Shown: positions 1 through 11,066 of the stretch, piece by piece
Position numbering within the stretch: position 1 is the first letter of the stretch
How the letters are laid out: each line of letters starts with the position of its first letter
Translations under genes and position numbers: made by a program
Source: Beijerinckiaceae bacterium
GTDB taxonomy: Bacteria; Pseudomonadota; Alphaproteobacteria; Rhizobiales; Beijerinckiaceae
Direction of reading: 5' to 3'
Assembly: GCA_965283735.1 (NCBI GenBank)
Contig: CBDIPN010000001.1
Coordinates: 2,033,205 to 2,097,204, forward strand
DNA: 64,000 bases
Notes under the pieces: model-generated
What the model saw: the letters and a program-made list of their open reading frames with translations, nothing else
What the model was told of the DNA's origin: nothing
Databases searched by the model: none

Positions 1-2239
1 CGCCGACGAGATGGAAGCGGTCGAGCCGGTTGCGCACGACCATGTCGAAGGTCGTCGTCGTCGATCCCTCCTCCTCGTAACCGCGCACATGGATGTTGGC
101 ATGGTTCGTCCGCTTGTAGGCGAGCCGATGGATGAGCCAGGGATAGCCGTGATAGGCGAAGATCACCGGCTTGTCGGTGGTGAACAGGGCATCAAAATCG
201 GCATCGGTCAGGCCGTGCGGATGCTGGGACTTCGGCTGCAAGGTCATCAGGTCGACGAGGTTGACGACGCGAACCTTCAGCTCGGGCAGATGTCGGCGCA
301 GCAGCGTGACCGCCGCGAGCGTTTCGAGGGTCGGCACGTCGCCGGCGCAGGCCATCACGACGTCGGGCTCGGTTCCCCGGTCATTGCTGGCCCATTCCCA
401 GATGCCGATGCCCTGCGCGCAGTGCTTGATCGCGGCATCCATGTCGAGCCATTGCGGGGAGGGTGCTTTCCCGGCGACGATGACGTTGATGCGGTCCCAG
501 CTTCGCAGACAGTGGTCGGTCACATGAAGCAGCGTGTTGGTGTCCGGCGGAAGATAGACCCGTACGATGTCGGCCTTCTTGTTCACGACATGGTCGATGA
601 AGCCGGGGTCCTGGTGGCTGAAGCCGTTATGATCCTGCTGCCAGACATGGGAAGTGAGGAGGTAGTTCAGCGAGGCTATCGGCCGCCGCCAAGGCACTTC
701 CTTGGCCGTCTTCAGCCATTTCGCATGCTGGTTGAACATCGAGTTGACGATGTGGATGAAGGCTTCGTAGCAGGAAAAGAGGCCATGGCGACCGGTCAGA
801 AGATAGCCTTCCAGCCAACCCTGGCAGAGATGCTCGCTCAGGATTTCGGTGACACGGCCGTCGCGCGTGAGATTCTCATCTTCGGGGAGGATTTCTTCCT
901 GCCAGGCCCGATCCGTTACCTCGAAGAGGGCCTGTAGGCGGTTCGAGGCGGTCTCGTCGGGACCGAAGACCCGAAAGTTCCGACTCGCCTCGTTTGCCCT
1001 CATGACATCGCGCAGGAAAGCCCCCATGACCCGGGTCGCCTCGGCCTTGCCGCTGCCTGGGCGTTCCACAGACACGGCATGGCGAGTGTAATCCGGCATC
1101 CTCAGGGGGCGGCGCAGCGCTCCGCCATTAGCATGGGGGTTGGCGCTCATGCGCTTTTCGCCTGAAGGTGCCAGTGCCGCGATCTCGGCGCGCAGCCGAC
1201 CGGCCTCATCGAACAGTTCCTCCGGGTGATAGCTGCGCAGCCAATCTTCGAGCAGTTGCAAATGGCCCTGCTTCGACATGTCGCTGAAAGGCACCTGATG
1301 GGAGCGCCAGAAGCCCTCGGCCTTCATGCCGTCAACGGTCTTCGGACCGGTCCAGCCCTTGGGGCTGCGCAGCACGATCATCGGCCAGAGCGGACGATTG
1401 CGCGACGCCCCCGCGCGGGCTTGATCCTGGATCGCTGCAATTCTGGAGAATGCGATATCGAGCGCTGCCGCCATCGCCTGGTGCGTCGCTTCCGGCTCCT
1501 CGCCTTCGACGAAGAGCGGATCGTAGCCGTATCCGCGCAGCAATGCCTCCAGCTCGGCATGCGGGATGCGCGCCAGAACGGTCGGGTTGGCGATCTTGTA
1601 GCCGTTGAGGTGCAGGATCGGCAGGACGGCACCGTCCGCTGCCGGATTGAGGAACTTGTTGGAGTGCCAGGACGCGGCGAGGGGACCGGTCTCAGCCTCG
1701 CCATCGCCGATCACGCAGGCGGCGATTAAACCGGGATTGTCGAGCACGGCGCCAAAGGCATGCGCGAGGCTATAACCGAGCTCGCCACCTTCATGGATGG
1801 AGCCGGGCGTGTCGGGCGCGGCGTGGCTGGGGATTCCGCCCGGGAAGGAGAATTGCTTTACGAAGCGCCGCAAGCCTTCCTCGTCCTGCGACACGTCCGG
1901 ATAGAGCTCGCTATAGGTTCCTTCGAGATAGGTGCTTGCTACCACGCCCGGCGCGCCATGGCCGGGGCCGGCGATGAAGAGGATGTCGAGATCCCGAGCC
2001 CTGATGATGCGGTTGAGGTGCAGATAGATAAAGTTCAGGCCGGGTGTCGTGCCCCAGTGGCCGAGCAATCGCGGCTTCACATGCTCGATCCGGAGAGGCT
2101 CGCGCAGTAGCGGATTGGAGAGCAGATATATCTGCGCCACGGAGAGGTAGTTGGCGGCCCGCCACCAGGCCTGCATCAACGCGGCTTCCTCCGGGCTCAA
2201 AGCCGTCTGCGCCGCGGTATCGATGTCCCGAGAGGTCAT
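1..2239 (-). CDS. xfp: phosphoketolase (xylulose-5-P/fructose-6-P); 3' end runs off the window
   Basis: Absent from the ORF track because it is open to the window edge. My minus-strand translation from the ATG at 2239 reads [87 protein letters not shown]. This is collinear with TPP-dependent phosphoketolases. Confidence 0.9.
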   Translation of the reverse strand, partial: MTSRDIDTAAQTALSPEEAALMQAWWRAANYLSVAQIYLLSNPLLREPLRIEHVKPRLLGHWGTTPGLNFIYLHLNRIIRARDLDILFIAGPGHGAPGVVASTYLEGTYSELYPDVSQDEEGLRRFVKQFSFPGGIPSHAAPDTPGSIHEGGELGYSLAHAFGAVLDNPGLIAACVIGDGEAETGPLAASWHSNKFLNPAADGAVLPILHLNGYKIANPTVLARIPHAELEALLRGYGYDPLFVEGEEPEATHQAMAAALDIAFSRIAAIQDQARAGASRNRPLWPMIVLRSPKGWTGPKTVDGMKAEGFWRSHQVPFSDMSKQGHLQLLEDWLRSYHPEELFDEAGRLRAEIAALAPSGEKRMSANPHANGGALRRPLRMPDYTRHAVSVERPGSGKAEATRVMGAFLRDVMRANEASRNFRVFGPDETASNRLQALFEVTDRAWQEEILPEDENLTRDGRVTEILSEHLCQGWLEGYLLTGRHGLFSCYEAFIHIVNSMFNQHAKWLKTAKEVPWRRPIASLNYLLTSHVWQQDHNGFSHQDPGFIDHVVNKKADIVRVYLPPDTNTLLHVTDHCLRSWDRINVIVAGKAPSPQWLDMDAAIKHCAQGIGIWEWASNDRGTEPDVVMACAGDVPTLETLAAVTLLRRHLPELKVRVVNLVDLMTLQPKSQHPHGLTDADFDALFTTDKPVIFAYHGYPWLIHRLAYKRTNHANIHVRGYEEEGSTTTTFDMVVRNRLDRFHLVG

Positions 2240-2298
2240 TGCCGTGCTCCAGCAGGGCTTCAGAAAAGAAATTCTACGTCCGCGCCATCGCTGTGCGC

Positions 2299-2312
2299 TT
2301 TGATTTTCAGCA
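2299..2312. promoter_or_regulatory. FNR/FixK-like box TTGATTTTCAGCAA (one mismatch in right half)
   Basis: Matches TTGAT-N4-AGCAA against the consensus TTGAT-N4-ATCAA. Lies about 60 bp upstream of the xfp ATG, in the divergent xfp/GNAT intergenic region. Confidence 0.45.
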
Positions 2313-2472
2313 AAGCGGATCCGAAGTGCAGCGAGTACGAACGAACTGATCTGTGCAGGGATGATCGACCATCATCGTGGCGTCGGTCTGTTCATGGTCC
2401 GCCGGAAGCCCTGGCGTAGCCGACCTGCCGAAAAGCGCCTGCTCGATTGCACAGCGATTGAAGGGAAATCTC

Positions 2473-3009
2473 ATGATGACCGACGATTTGAGCTGCTACC
2501 TCAACACACGCGCTGGTTTCAGGTTCCTGGTGAGGCCCGCCCATCCCGACGACGAAGCGGGACTGGCTGAATTCTTCACGCATGTGACGCCCGAGGATCT
2601 GCGATTCCGCTTTCTGACCACGGTCAAGGAGGTCGGGCATGATCGCTTGGCCGCGATGACGAAGGCCGAGGATCGGCAGACCGAAAACTTCGTTGCCTTC
2701 ACCGATGACGGGAAGACGATCATCGCCGCGGCCATGCTTGCTTGCGACGCCGCTTTGGAGAAAGGAGAAGTCGCGATCTCGATCCGGCGCGAGTACAAGC
2801 ATAAGGGCGTGGGTTGGGAGTTACTCAGGCATGTTTGCAAGGTCGCCGAGAGCAAGGGCGTGAAGGCTGTCGAATCTCTCGAGGATCGACAAAATCACGA
2901 AGCGATCGAGATCGAAATCGAGCAGGGGTTCGAGGTCAACGAGTGTCGGGACGACGCGAGACTCGTTGTGCTTCGAAGGACATTCAAGCCGGCACCTAAG
3001 GTGAAGTGA
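2473..3009 (+). CDS. GNAT family N-acetyltransferase
   Basis: ORF 2377..3009. The internal start MMTDD at 2473 is preceded by GAAGGGA. Acetyl-CoA-binding-like segment ISIRREYKHKGVGWELLRHV. Confidence 0.75.
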   Translation: MMTDDLSCYLNTRAGFRFLVRPAHPDDEAGLAEFFTHVTPEDLRFRFLTTVKEVGHDRLAAMTKAEDRQTENFVAFTDDGKTIIAAAMLACDAALEKGEVAISIRREYKHKGVGWELLRHVCKVAESKGVKAVESLEDRQNHEAIEIEIEQGFEVNECRDDARLVVLRRTFKPAPKVK

Positions 3010-3168
3010 TCGGTTGATCGGCTAAAGTGTCCTCGCACGAATTCCCTTGGCGTACGATCTTCAATCATGGCCAGGGCAGGGGCATTTTCCAGCTCGCTTG
3101 CGAGTGCCGCAGATGCACTCTTGGGGGCGTGTCTACGGCGTCTGATCGCGCCGCTCTGCAAGCACATG

Positions 3169-3975
3169 TCAGGCGGTGATTTGATCCGCGAAAATGGTCC
3201 GACCGCGTTCGCCTGCGAAATACTGCTTGAGCCAGGGGTCCTCGTGCCTCAGCAAATCCTGTAGCGTGCCGAGAGCAATGATCTTGCCCCGGGCAATGGC
3301 CGCGATCCTGTCGCAGGTCGTGTGAAGGCTGCTCAGATCATGGGTGATCATCATCACCGTCAGATTCAGACTCGCCTTGAGGGTCAACAGAAGCTGGTCG
3401 AAGGCATCGGCGGCGATGGGATCGAGCCCCGAGGTTGGCTCGTCGAGAAACAAAATCTCCGGATCGAGAGCCAACGCCCGGGCCAAGGCGGCTCGCTTGG
3501 TCATGCCACCCGACAGCTCAGCCGGGTACTTTTCCGCCGCATCAAGCGGCAACCCGACCATCTCGATCTTCAGCATCGCCATTTCGGTCAGCAGGCTCGG
3601 CGACAGATGCAGAAGCTCGCGCATCGGGAGCTGGATGTTCTCCGCGATCGTCAAGGACGAGAATAGGGCGCCTTGCTGGAACATCACGCCGCAGCGCTGT
3701 TCGACGGCTCTGCGCTCACTCTGCCGAAGGTCATCGAGATCTCTGCCGAATATTTCGATGACGCCGCTTCGCTTGGGGAGAAGGCCGAGGATCGTTCGTG
3801 CCAGGACTGACTTGCCGGAGCCGGAAGCTCCGATAACCCCGAGAATCTCGCCGCGCATGATGTCGAGATTGAGGTGATCCAACACCGCCTTGGCGCCGAA
3901 GACGACTTCGAGATCTCGGACGCGAACGGCCACTTCACCTCGGTTCGGATCCTGTTCTCGCTCGGTCGCAACCAT
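3169..3975 (-). CDS. ABC transporter ATP-binding protein (MlaF/MkL-like), orphan
   Basis: Walker A GASGSGKS, signature LSGGMTKR, Walker B ILFLDEPTSGLD. The start at 3975 is preceded by GGAGA. No permease gene is adjacent. Confidence 0.85.
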   Translation of the reverse strand: MVATEREQDPNRGEVAVRVRDLEVVFGAKAVLDHLNLDIMRGEILGVIGASGSGKSVLARTILGLLPKRSGVIEIFGRDLDDLRQSERRAVEQRCGVMFQQGALFSSLTIAENIQLPMRELLHLSPSLLTEMAMLKIEMVGLPLDAAEKYPAELSGGMTKRAALARALALDPEILFLDEPTSGLDPIAADAFDQLLLTLKASLNLTVMMITHDLSSLHTTCDRIAAIARGKIIALGTLQDLLRHEDPWLKQYFAGERGRTIFADQITA

Positions 3976-4060
3976 GAACGGTTCTCCGACTGCATGGCAG
4001 TAGCTGAGCAAGGCGGCTGGCCCATTGGGAAAACTCACCCGGGGCAACCGCCTTGCGACG

Positions 4061-4951
4061 CTAATGAGCGAGAAAAAGCGGCACGGCGGAGCTGTCGATC
4101 AGATCCGCGGTCACGCCGCCGAGCACCCATTCCCGGAAGCGCGAATGGCCATAGGCTCCGATGACGATCAGGTCTGCCGAAATCCGCCTAGCCTCGGAAA
4201 GGAGCGCGTCCGTCGGCGACGTCTCCGTATTAAGCACGGTTGCCGTTGCTTCGATACCGTGCCTGGCGAGATGGGCGCTGATATCGGCGAGGACTTCGGC
4301 ACCACCCATCCGTCCATGGGCCTCTTCCCTGACCGTGACGATGTGAACCTGTGTTGCGTGGGCGATCAGGGGCAGGGCCTCGGCTACGGCTCGGGCGCTC
4401 TGTCGCGTATCGGTCCATCCGATCAGGACGGTCTTGATCGGAGAGCGCAGCGCGGCCTTGGGCGGCAGGAGGTAGAGCCCTCTGCCTCCGTCGAACATGA
4501 CGCTCTCGATCAGTTGACGCCAGCGGCCGTGGCCGTCACCGCGCGGACAGGTCGCGATGAAGAGGTCGTTCCAGCGGGCTTCGCTGGCGACGGCCTGTTC
4601 GAGAAGGCCGGGGAATGCGTCGAGGCGGCGTAGCTCATGCACGGGGCCGAGGCGCGCCAGGCGCTCCTTGAGACGCTTCTCACTGACGTCTCCTTCTTCG
4701 GTGACGGCATCGACCAATTGCCCGATCGCGGTAATCCCGAAATCGCCGGCGAAGAGCGCGGGATCGGGCAAGAGGTTCGTGAAGATCCCGGTCATCCGAG
4801 CCGCGAAGCCCGCAGCGAGCGCTTCCGCATGAGCCAGGCGGGTTTCGTCCTCCGGCGAACCATCGAGGTGGATTGCGATGTCGCGATAGGCGGTGCCGCG
4901 AACGGCCTGCGCCTTCGCTACTGTGCTCGAAGAGAGAGTGATGTCGTTCAT
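4061..4951 (-). CDS. universal stress protein (tandem UspA domains)
   Basis: C-terminal motif DLIVIGAYGHSRFREWVLGGVT. The ATG at 4951 (MNDITL) is preceded by GGAGG. Confidence 0.85.
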   Translation of the reverse strand: MNDITLSSSTVAKAQAVRGTAYRDIAIHLDGSPEDETRLAHAEALAAGFAARMTGIFTNLLPDPALFAGDFGITAIGQLVDAVTEEGDVSEKRLKERLARLGPVHELRRLDAFPGLLEQAVASEARWNDLFIATCPRGDGHGRWRQLIESVMFDGGRGLYLLPPKAALRSPIKTVLIGWTDTRQSARAVAEALPLIAHATQVHIVTVREEAHGRMGGAEVLADISAHLARHGIEATATVLNTETSPTDALLSEARRISADLIVIGAYGHSRFREWVLGGVTADLIDSSAVPLFLAH

Positions 4952-5015
4952 GCCAACCTCCGCGTCGAAAGCTGTTCCTGATGTGCCATCGAGCGACGGA
5001 AGCGCGTCGACCACA

Positions 5016-5029
5016 TTGATTTTCGTCAA
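5016..5029. promoter_or_regulatory. FNR/FixK box TTGATTTTCGTCAA
   Basis: Perfect TTGA-N6-TCAA core. Centred about 71 bp upstream of the usp ATG at 4951. Confidence 0.55.
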
Positions 5030-5053
5030 ACGCCCGGGTGTTCTCTCGCAATT

Positions 5054-5067
5054 TTGCGTTGGGTCAA
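5054..5067. promoter_or_regulatory. FNR/FixK-like box TTGCGTTGGGTCAA
   Basis: Half-degenerate box about 66 bp upstream of the candidate adh ATG at 5127. It is the second box in the same divergent intergenic region. Confidence 0.35.
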
Positions 5068-5126
5068 ATCCAGATGGGCCGGTTCGGGGCAGGCTGATTT
5101 CATCTCGAAGAACTCGGAGAGGGATC

Positions 5127-6259
5127 ATGTCGTCATCGCTTCAATCCGGCGTGCGGTCCTCGACGGAAAAGCGGCGCGCAAGCCGGTCCAAGATGATGTG
5201 CGCCGCCGTGTTCGTGGAACCCGGTCGCATCGAACTCGAGGACAAGCCGATTCCCGATGTGAGGCCGCTCGACGCACTGCTGCGCATCACCACCACGACG
5301 ATCTGCGGCACCGACATCCATATCCTCAAGGGCGAGTATCCGGTCGCGCGCGGCCTCACCATCGGCCACGAGCCGGTCGGCGTGATCGAGAAGCTCGGAT
5401 CGGAGGTGAAGGGTTTCCGCGAGGGGCAGCGGGTGATCGCCGGCGCTATCACGCCTTCGGGGCACAGCGCCGCCTGCCTCTGCGGCTGCGCCTCGCAGGA
5501 CGGCCCCGGCGAGCGCCACGGCTTTAAGGCCATGGGCGGCTGGCGCTTCGGCAACACGATCGACGGCGCACAAGCCGAATACCTGCTGGTGCCGGATGCG
5601 ATGGTCAATCTCGCACATGTGCCCTCCGGGCTGACGGACGAGCAGGTGTTGATGTGTCCCGACATCATGTCGACCGGCTTTTCCGGCGCCGAGAGCGGTG
5701 GGGTCAGGATCGGCGACTGCGTCGCCGTCTTCGCGCAGGGCCCGATCGGGCTGTGTGCCACGGCCGGCGCCCGGCTGATGGGCGCGACGCGCATCATCGC
5801 CGTGGAGAGCGTTCCGGAACGGCAGGCGATGGCCCGCAGATTGGGCGCCGACGAGATCGTCGATTTCTCGAAGGGCGATCCGGTCGACGAGATCATGCGG
5901 CTGACGGAGGGGCGAGGTGTCGACGTGGCGATCGAGGCACTGGGCCGCCAGGAGACCTTCTCCGCCGCATTGCGGGTGCTGCGTCCCGGCGGAACGCTAT
6001 CGTCGCTCGGTGTCTATTCGAGCGACCTGACGATCCCGCTCGGCGCCTTCTCGGCGGGTCTCGGCGACCACCGCATCGTCACCACGCTCTGCCCCGGCGG
6101 CAAGGAACGGATGCGGCGCCTGATCGACGTCGTCGCCTCCGGACGGGTCGACCTGGACCGCTGGTCACGCACCGTTTCCCGCTGGAGCGCATCAAGGATG
6201 CCTATGAGCTGTTCTCGCACCAGCGCGACGGTGTCCTCAAGGTCGCGATCACGCCTTGA
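5127..6259 (+). pseudogene. NAD(P)-dependent Zn alcohol dehydrogenase (MDR family), frameshifted near 6157
   Basis: ICGTDIHILKGEYP..GHEPVG..GPIGL read in the frame of ORF 4893..6323. The conserved C-terminus PLVTHRFPLERIKDAYELF..VLKVAITP is in the frame of ORF 5654..6259. The join at CTGGA-CCGCTG implies one C is missing. Start is 5127 or 5193. Confidence 0.8.
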
Positions 6260-6335
6260 ACGGCAGAATCAAGGAACGGCATGTCACTTAGCGCCCGCCG
6301 CAGCGACCGGATCATCAGCGTAGTCGACGGGCGCA

Positions 6336-8947
6336 ATGAGGGAGGCCGGCGTGACGACGGAGCCTGCGAAAGCAGTCGCGGCATGCGGCGGGGAATTCTG
6401 GCGGGAGGGGCGGGATGGATTGCTGCAACGTCTCGGGGCCACGCCGGGCGGCTTGAGCGATGTTGAAGCGGCCGAACGGCTGAAATGCTTCGGGCCCAAT
6501 CTCGCCGTGACCAGTCTGCGGCGGGGGTGTCGTTCAAGATCGCCAAGCGGCTCATGGAACCCCTGATCGCGATCTTGCTGATTGCCGCACTCATCTCGGG
6601 GGCGACGGGCGATTGGCAGAGCCTGATCATCATCGTGCTCATCGTGCTGGCTTCGATCGCCCTCGACGTCTTCCAGGAGACCCAAGCGGAGAATGCCGTT
6701 GACGCGCTCCGCCGAACGGTGGCGGTGCAGGTCACGGTTCTTCGCTGCGGACGGCTCATTGAAGTCCCGGTTCGGGAGGCTGTTCCTGGTGACGTCGTCG
6801 CGCTTCACACCGGTGATCTCATCCCGGCCGATGGCCTGATCCTCGAGAGCCACGATGCGTTGGCCGATGAAGCGGCGCTCACTGGCGAACCCTTTCCGGT
6901 GGAGAAGCTGGCAGCTCCTGAGAATTCCGCTGGCGACGGAACCGCCAGCGCCCTTTTTGGGGAACAAGCCTCGTTGGCGGAGAGGTCCGGATGCTCGTCG
7001 CTGCGACGGGCACGCAGACACGGCTAGGCTCGATCTCCCGTTCCATGCAGGCGAGCGAGCCGCCCACCGCCTTCGAACGTGGGGTTCACGGGCTCGGCAT
7101 CCTGATCCTGCGCCTCACCGGCTTCCTGGTCCTGTTCGTGCTGCTGACACAGCTCGTGCGTCACGGGCTGTCGATCGAGAGTTTCCTGTTCGCCGTCGCG
7201 CTGGCCGTGGGGCTGACGCCGGAGCTGTTGCCGGTCGTGATGACGGTGACGCTCGCACGGGGCGCGATGCGCATGGCGCAACGCCAGGTCGTGGTGAAGC
7301 GGTTATCCGCGATCCACGATCTCGGGGCGATGGATGTGCTGTGCACCGACAAGACCGGGACGCTGACGGAAGCGCGGATCGCCCATGTCGGAAGTTTCGA
7401 CTGCGACGGCTTTGAAAGCTCGCGCGTCACCGAACTCGCTTGCCTCAACAGCCGTTTTTGCAGCGGGCTGCGCAACAACCTCGACACTGCTTTGCTCGCC
7501 AACTCGGAAGGCGACGAAAAGACCTGGCGTGCCCTGGCCGATCTGCCGTTCGATTTCCAGCGGCGACGCTCCTCCGTTCTTGTGGCGAGGGGCGACGAGC
7601 GGGTGATGATTGTCAAGGGCGCTCCCGAAGGCTTGCTCGACCTGTGTGACAGCTTGGAGCGTGAGGATGGGATGGTTGAAAAGCTCGACGATGCTCAGCG
7701 AGGCAAGCTTCTGACCTTATTCGAAGCAAAAGGGGCGCAGGGCTTGCGCTTGCTCGGCATCGCTCAGCGCCCTATGCCTCCCGGAACCCATGACCTGTCT
7801 CGCGACGACGAAGCCGGTCTTGTCTTCGCGGGCTGCGCTGCCTTCATCGACCCGCCCAAGGCCTCCGCAGGCGTGGCGGCCCGCCAGCTCGCGGCGGCGG
7901 GCGTGCGCGTCAAGGTGATCTCGGGAGACGCCGCCCCCGTCGTTCGCCATCTCGCCGAAACTCTGGCGCTTCCGGCGCGAGGGCTGATGACGGGTGACGA
8001 GATAGCGGCATTGGGAGATGCCGCCCTGGCCGCTCGCGTTCGCGACGTCGACCTGTTCGCTCGGATCGCGCCGGAACAGAAGGCGCGCCTCGTCTTGGCC
8101 CTGCGCAGGGCGGGGCACACCGTCGGCTTCATCGGCGACGGCATCAACGATGCGCCGGCGATCCATGCCGCGGATGTCGGCCTCTCCGTCGAGGGTGGCA
8201 CCGAAGTCGCGCGCGAGGCGGCGGCGATCGTCCTGCTGGCACCCGATCTCGGGGTTCTCGCGCAGGGCATCGCCGAAGGCCGGCGCACCTATGCCAACAT
8301 CATGAAATATGTCCGCATGGGCACGAGCTCGAATTTCGGCAACATGCTGTCGATGGCGCTGGCGTCGATGGTTCTGCCTTTTCTGCCGCTCAACCCGTTG
8401 CAGATCCTGATCAACAACATGCTCTACGACCTGTCCGAGGTCGGCATTCCTTTCGACGAGGCGGACCCCGCCGACCTTGCGAAGCCGCAGCACTGGGACA
8501 TGCACGCCGTGCTCCGCTTCACGCTCGTCATGGGGCCGCTCTCATCTGTATTCGATGTGGCAACTTTCGCCGTTCTGCTCGGTGTTTTCGGCGCAGGCAC
8601 CGAGACGTTCAGGACGGCTTGGTTCGTCGAGTTCGATCCTGACGCAGATCCTGGTGATCTTCGTCATCCGCACCGCCGCACCCTGCTGGCGCAGCCGGCC
8701 GCATCGCTTTCTCGTCATGACCTCGCTCGGGGCTCTCGCCGCCGCACTGATCCTGGCCCTGACGCCGCTCGGTCATCCCTTCGGCTTTGTCGCGCTGCCG
8801 GTTCCGCTCCTGCTCGCCATCCTGGTCATCGCCGCCCTCTACCTCGGGCTTGCCGAGATACTGAAGCCGCTGGCGATGCGCGCGGAAGGGAAACGAAGAA
8901 GAGGTCGCACCCGTCATTCGGAAGCTCGTCGTTTCCGCGCCTTCTGA
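6336..8947 (+). pseudogene. mgtA: Mg2+-importing P-type ATPase, three frameshifts
   Basis: Collinear pieces lie in ORFs 6336.., 6485.., 6991.. and 8477..8947. Motifs seen: TGEPFPVEK, DKTGTLT, GDGINDAPA, and IPFDEADPADLAKPQHWD (MgtA-type). Shifts occur at about 6527 (G-run), about 6957 (G-run) and about 8627 (extra T). Confidence 0.85.
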
Positions 8948-8976
8948 AGCGTCATGACCTCTGGGGGCCGCCGCGG

Positions 8977-9963
8977 TCATGGAGGAGTATCGTCGGGCAA
9001 CGTTTCGAGCGCCCGAATAACGAGGTCGTATTTCACGGAGGTCATCGCAAAGCCGCGCGCCCAGTCGATGACGTCGTTCCAGGGGTCGACGATCTTGGTC
9101 GTGGCGGACAGGAAGGTGACGACGGTGGCGATCTCGGTCTGTCCGCGAACCGCCAGCACGCAGCCGATGCCGAGCACAAGCAGGCTGCCCAGGGAATAGG
9201 TCAGGTTCATCAGAAAATTGAGAGAGAACTTGATTTCGAAGATGCCGATGTCGACAGCGAACACCTCGTCCAGCTTGGGCGCGCTCGATTCCGCTTTCGA
9301 TGGAGACAGGATTTCGTCGCCGAAACGTCGGAGGAGGCGCGTTCGCTGCGCCACGCGACGGTTGATCGCCCGCTGCATGAGCGGCACGAACACGAATTGC
9401 GGCGCGAGGATCAGCAGGCTGGCACCCATCATTCTGAGGTCGAGGAAGGCGAGATAGATGAAGACGCTCGCCAGAAACCCGATCTCGACGATCGGCAGGC
9501 TGAGGCTCGAGCCGACGAACCCGCCGATGTCGTCCGCTTCGGCGAGGATCATGGCGAGGCCGGTTCCATTGGCGAGATCGGAACCTTCCTCATCCGCTTG
9601 TTCAAGTCGCTGCGTCACCACAAGTCGCAGGTCGCGGGTCGCGCATTCTCCGAGCCAGGCGCGGTAGACGTTCATCGCCAATTTCGCCAGGCCAAAAGCC
9701 AGCACGAGCCCGATTTGTAGAGCAATCAAGGTCAGGATGGCACGGGCGCTGCCGAGATGGACGGCGGCGTCGATGATGCGCCGCTGGGTTTCGATCGGGG
9801 CGGCATTGAGCAGGAAGACGAAGATGGACAGGGCGCAGACGGCCGCCTGATGCCAGCCGCCTGAGAGGAGCACGAAGCGGAGAAGAGAGGACGGCAGAGG
9901 CGAGGCTTGCCCATGTGGACGAGGGGGCTCGGATATCGCGGCAATGAGCCCCGAGAGCGTCAT
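8977..9963 (-). CDS. stand-alone ABC-exporter-type transmembrane domain protein
   Basis: 328 aa with about six hydrophobic segments that look like a type-I ABC exporter TMD. No NBD motifs. ATGA overlap with the upstream adh. Confidence 0.6.
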   Translation of the reverse strand: MTLSGLIAAISEPPRPHGQASPLPSSLLRFVLLSGGWHQAAVCALSIFVFLLNAAPIETQRRIIDAAVHLGSARAILTLIALQIGLVLAFGLAKLAMNVYRAWLGECATRDLRLVVTQRLEQADEEGSDLANGTGLAMILAEADDIGGFVGSSLSLPIVEIGFLASVFIYLAFLDLRMMGASLLILAPQFVFVPLMQRAINRRVAQRTRLLRRFGDEILSPSKAESSAPKLDEVFAVDIGIFEIKFSLNFLMNLTYSLGSLLVLGIGCVLAVRGQTEIATVVTFLSATTKIVDPWNDVIDWARGFAMTSVKYDLVIRALETLPDDTPP

Positions 9964-10943
9964 GGCACCAGCACCGCCGCGCCCTGCAACTGGCCGGCGC
10001 GCAGATCAGACAGTGCCTCGTTCGCCCGCTCCAAGGGATAGATTGTGGTTTTCGTCCTGATGCCGGCCAGCTGGGCGATCGACAGGAATTCGCGGCCGTC
10101 TGCTCGGGTAAGATTGGCGACCGAAACAAGTTCGCGTTCGTGCCAGAGCAGATCGTAGCCGAAGCCGGGAATGTCGCTCATATGGATGCCGCCGCAGACG
10201 ACGCGCCCGCCCTTCACGACGGCGCTCAGGGCCAGCGGGACCAGCGCGCCGACGGGCGCGAAGATCAGCGCGGCGTCGAGCGGCACCGGCGGCTTTTCTT
10301 CGGAGCTTCCGGCCCAGCATGCACCGAGCGATAGGGCATGGGCCTGTGCTGATTCGTCGCCCGGACGGGTGAAAGCATAGACTTCGCGCCCCTGCCAACG
10401 GCAGATTTGCGTGAGGATGTGAGCGGCAGCGCCGAAACCGTAGAGACCGATCCGCCGGGCTGCGCCGGCGCTGCGTAGGCTGCGCCAGCCGATCAACCCT
10501 GCGCACATCAAGGGTGCGGCAGCGACGGGGTCGGGGAATTCATCCAGCGGGAAGACATAGGCCGCCTCGGCAATGACGTGCGTGGCGAAGCCGCCATCGC
10601 GGGTGTAGCCGGTGAATTCCGGGGTGTCGCACAGGTTCTCGCGGAGGGCATGGCAATAGGGACAATGCCCGCATGTATGCCCCAGCCAGCCGAGGCCGAC
10701 GCGCCGACCGATCAATCCGGACGCGATATCTGATCCGACCAGATCGACCCGGCCGACGACTTCGTGACCAGGGACGCGTGGGCATTGCAGATCGGGCAGT
10801 TCGCCATCGACGACATGCAGATCCGTACGGCAGATGGCGCAAGCCTCAACCTTGATCCGTAGTTCTCCCGGGGCAGGTGCAGGATCGGGGCGCGACTCCT
10901 CTACTAGTGGGCTGCCCGCGGCGTTCAGAACCATCGCCTTCAT
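9960..10943 (-). CDS. zinc-binding alcohol dehydrogenase family protein
   Basis: MKAMVL..CAICRTDLHVVDGE..PGHEVVG..CGHCPYC. GGGAGA lies upstream of the ATG. Confidence 0.85.
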   Translation of the reverse strand: MKAMVLNAAGSPLVEESRPDPAPAPGELRIKVEACAICRTDLHVVDGELPDLQCPRVPGHEVVGRVDLVGSDIASGLIGRRVGLGWLGHTCGHCPYCHALRENLCDTPEFTGYTRDGGFATHVIAEAAYVFPLDEFPDPVAAAPLMCAGLIGWRSLRSAGAARRIGLYGFGAAAHILTQICRWQGREVYAFTRPGDESAQAHALSLGACWAGSSEEKPPVPLDAALIFAPVGALVPLALSAVVKGGRVVCGGIHMSDIPGFGYDLLWHERELVSVANLTRADGREFLSIAQLAGIRTKTTIYPLERANEALSDLRAGQLQGAAVLVP

Positions 10944-10998
10944 GGGATTCTCCCGCTCTGCGCGCTGAAGAACCTACCTGGGGGAGGTGGCATCGGCT

Positions 10999-11012
10999 TT
11001 GACCAAGCTCAA
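10999..11012. promoter_or_regulatory. FNR/FixK-like box TTGACCAAGCTCAA
   Basis: TTGA-N6-TCAA core about 60 bp upstream of the adh ATG at 10943, in the divergent adh/phaC intergenic region. Confidence 0.45.
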
Positions 11013-11066
11013 GGAGCGCGGGGCTTTTGGAGCGCATCTTGGCGAGAGTTTCGCGGGAAGAAAGCC

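Noticed and set aside
11-2110. Plus-strand ORFs 11..937, 1226..1729 and 1760..2110 in the track.
   Set aside because: They are antisense shadow ORFs of the phosphoketolase gene, typical of high-GC DNA. The minus strand gives an uninterrupted, family-collinear translation.
6256-6272. TTGAACGGCAGAATCAA upstream of mgtA, considered as another FNR/FixK box.
   Set aside because: The half-sites are separated by 9 nt rather than 6, so it does not fit the TTGA-N6-TCAA geometry.
6991-9720. 909-aa ORF presented as a single protein.
   Set aside because: Only about 6991-8630 is MgtA sequence. After the frameshift, the frame stays open merely because it runs antisense to the gene at 8977..9963.
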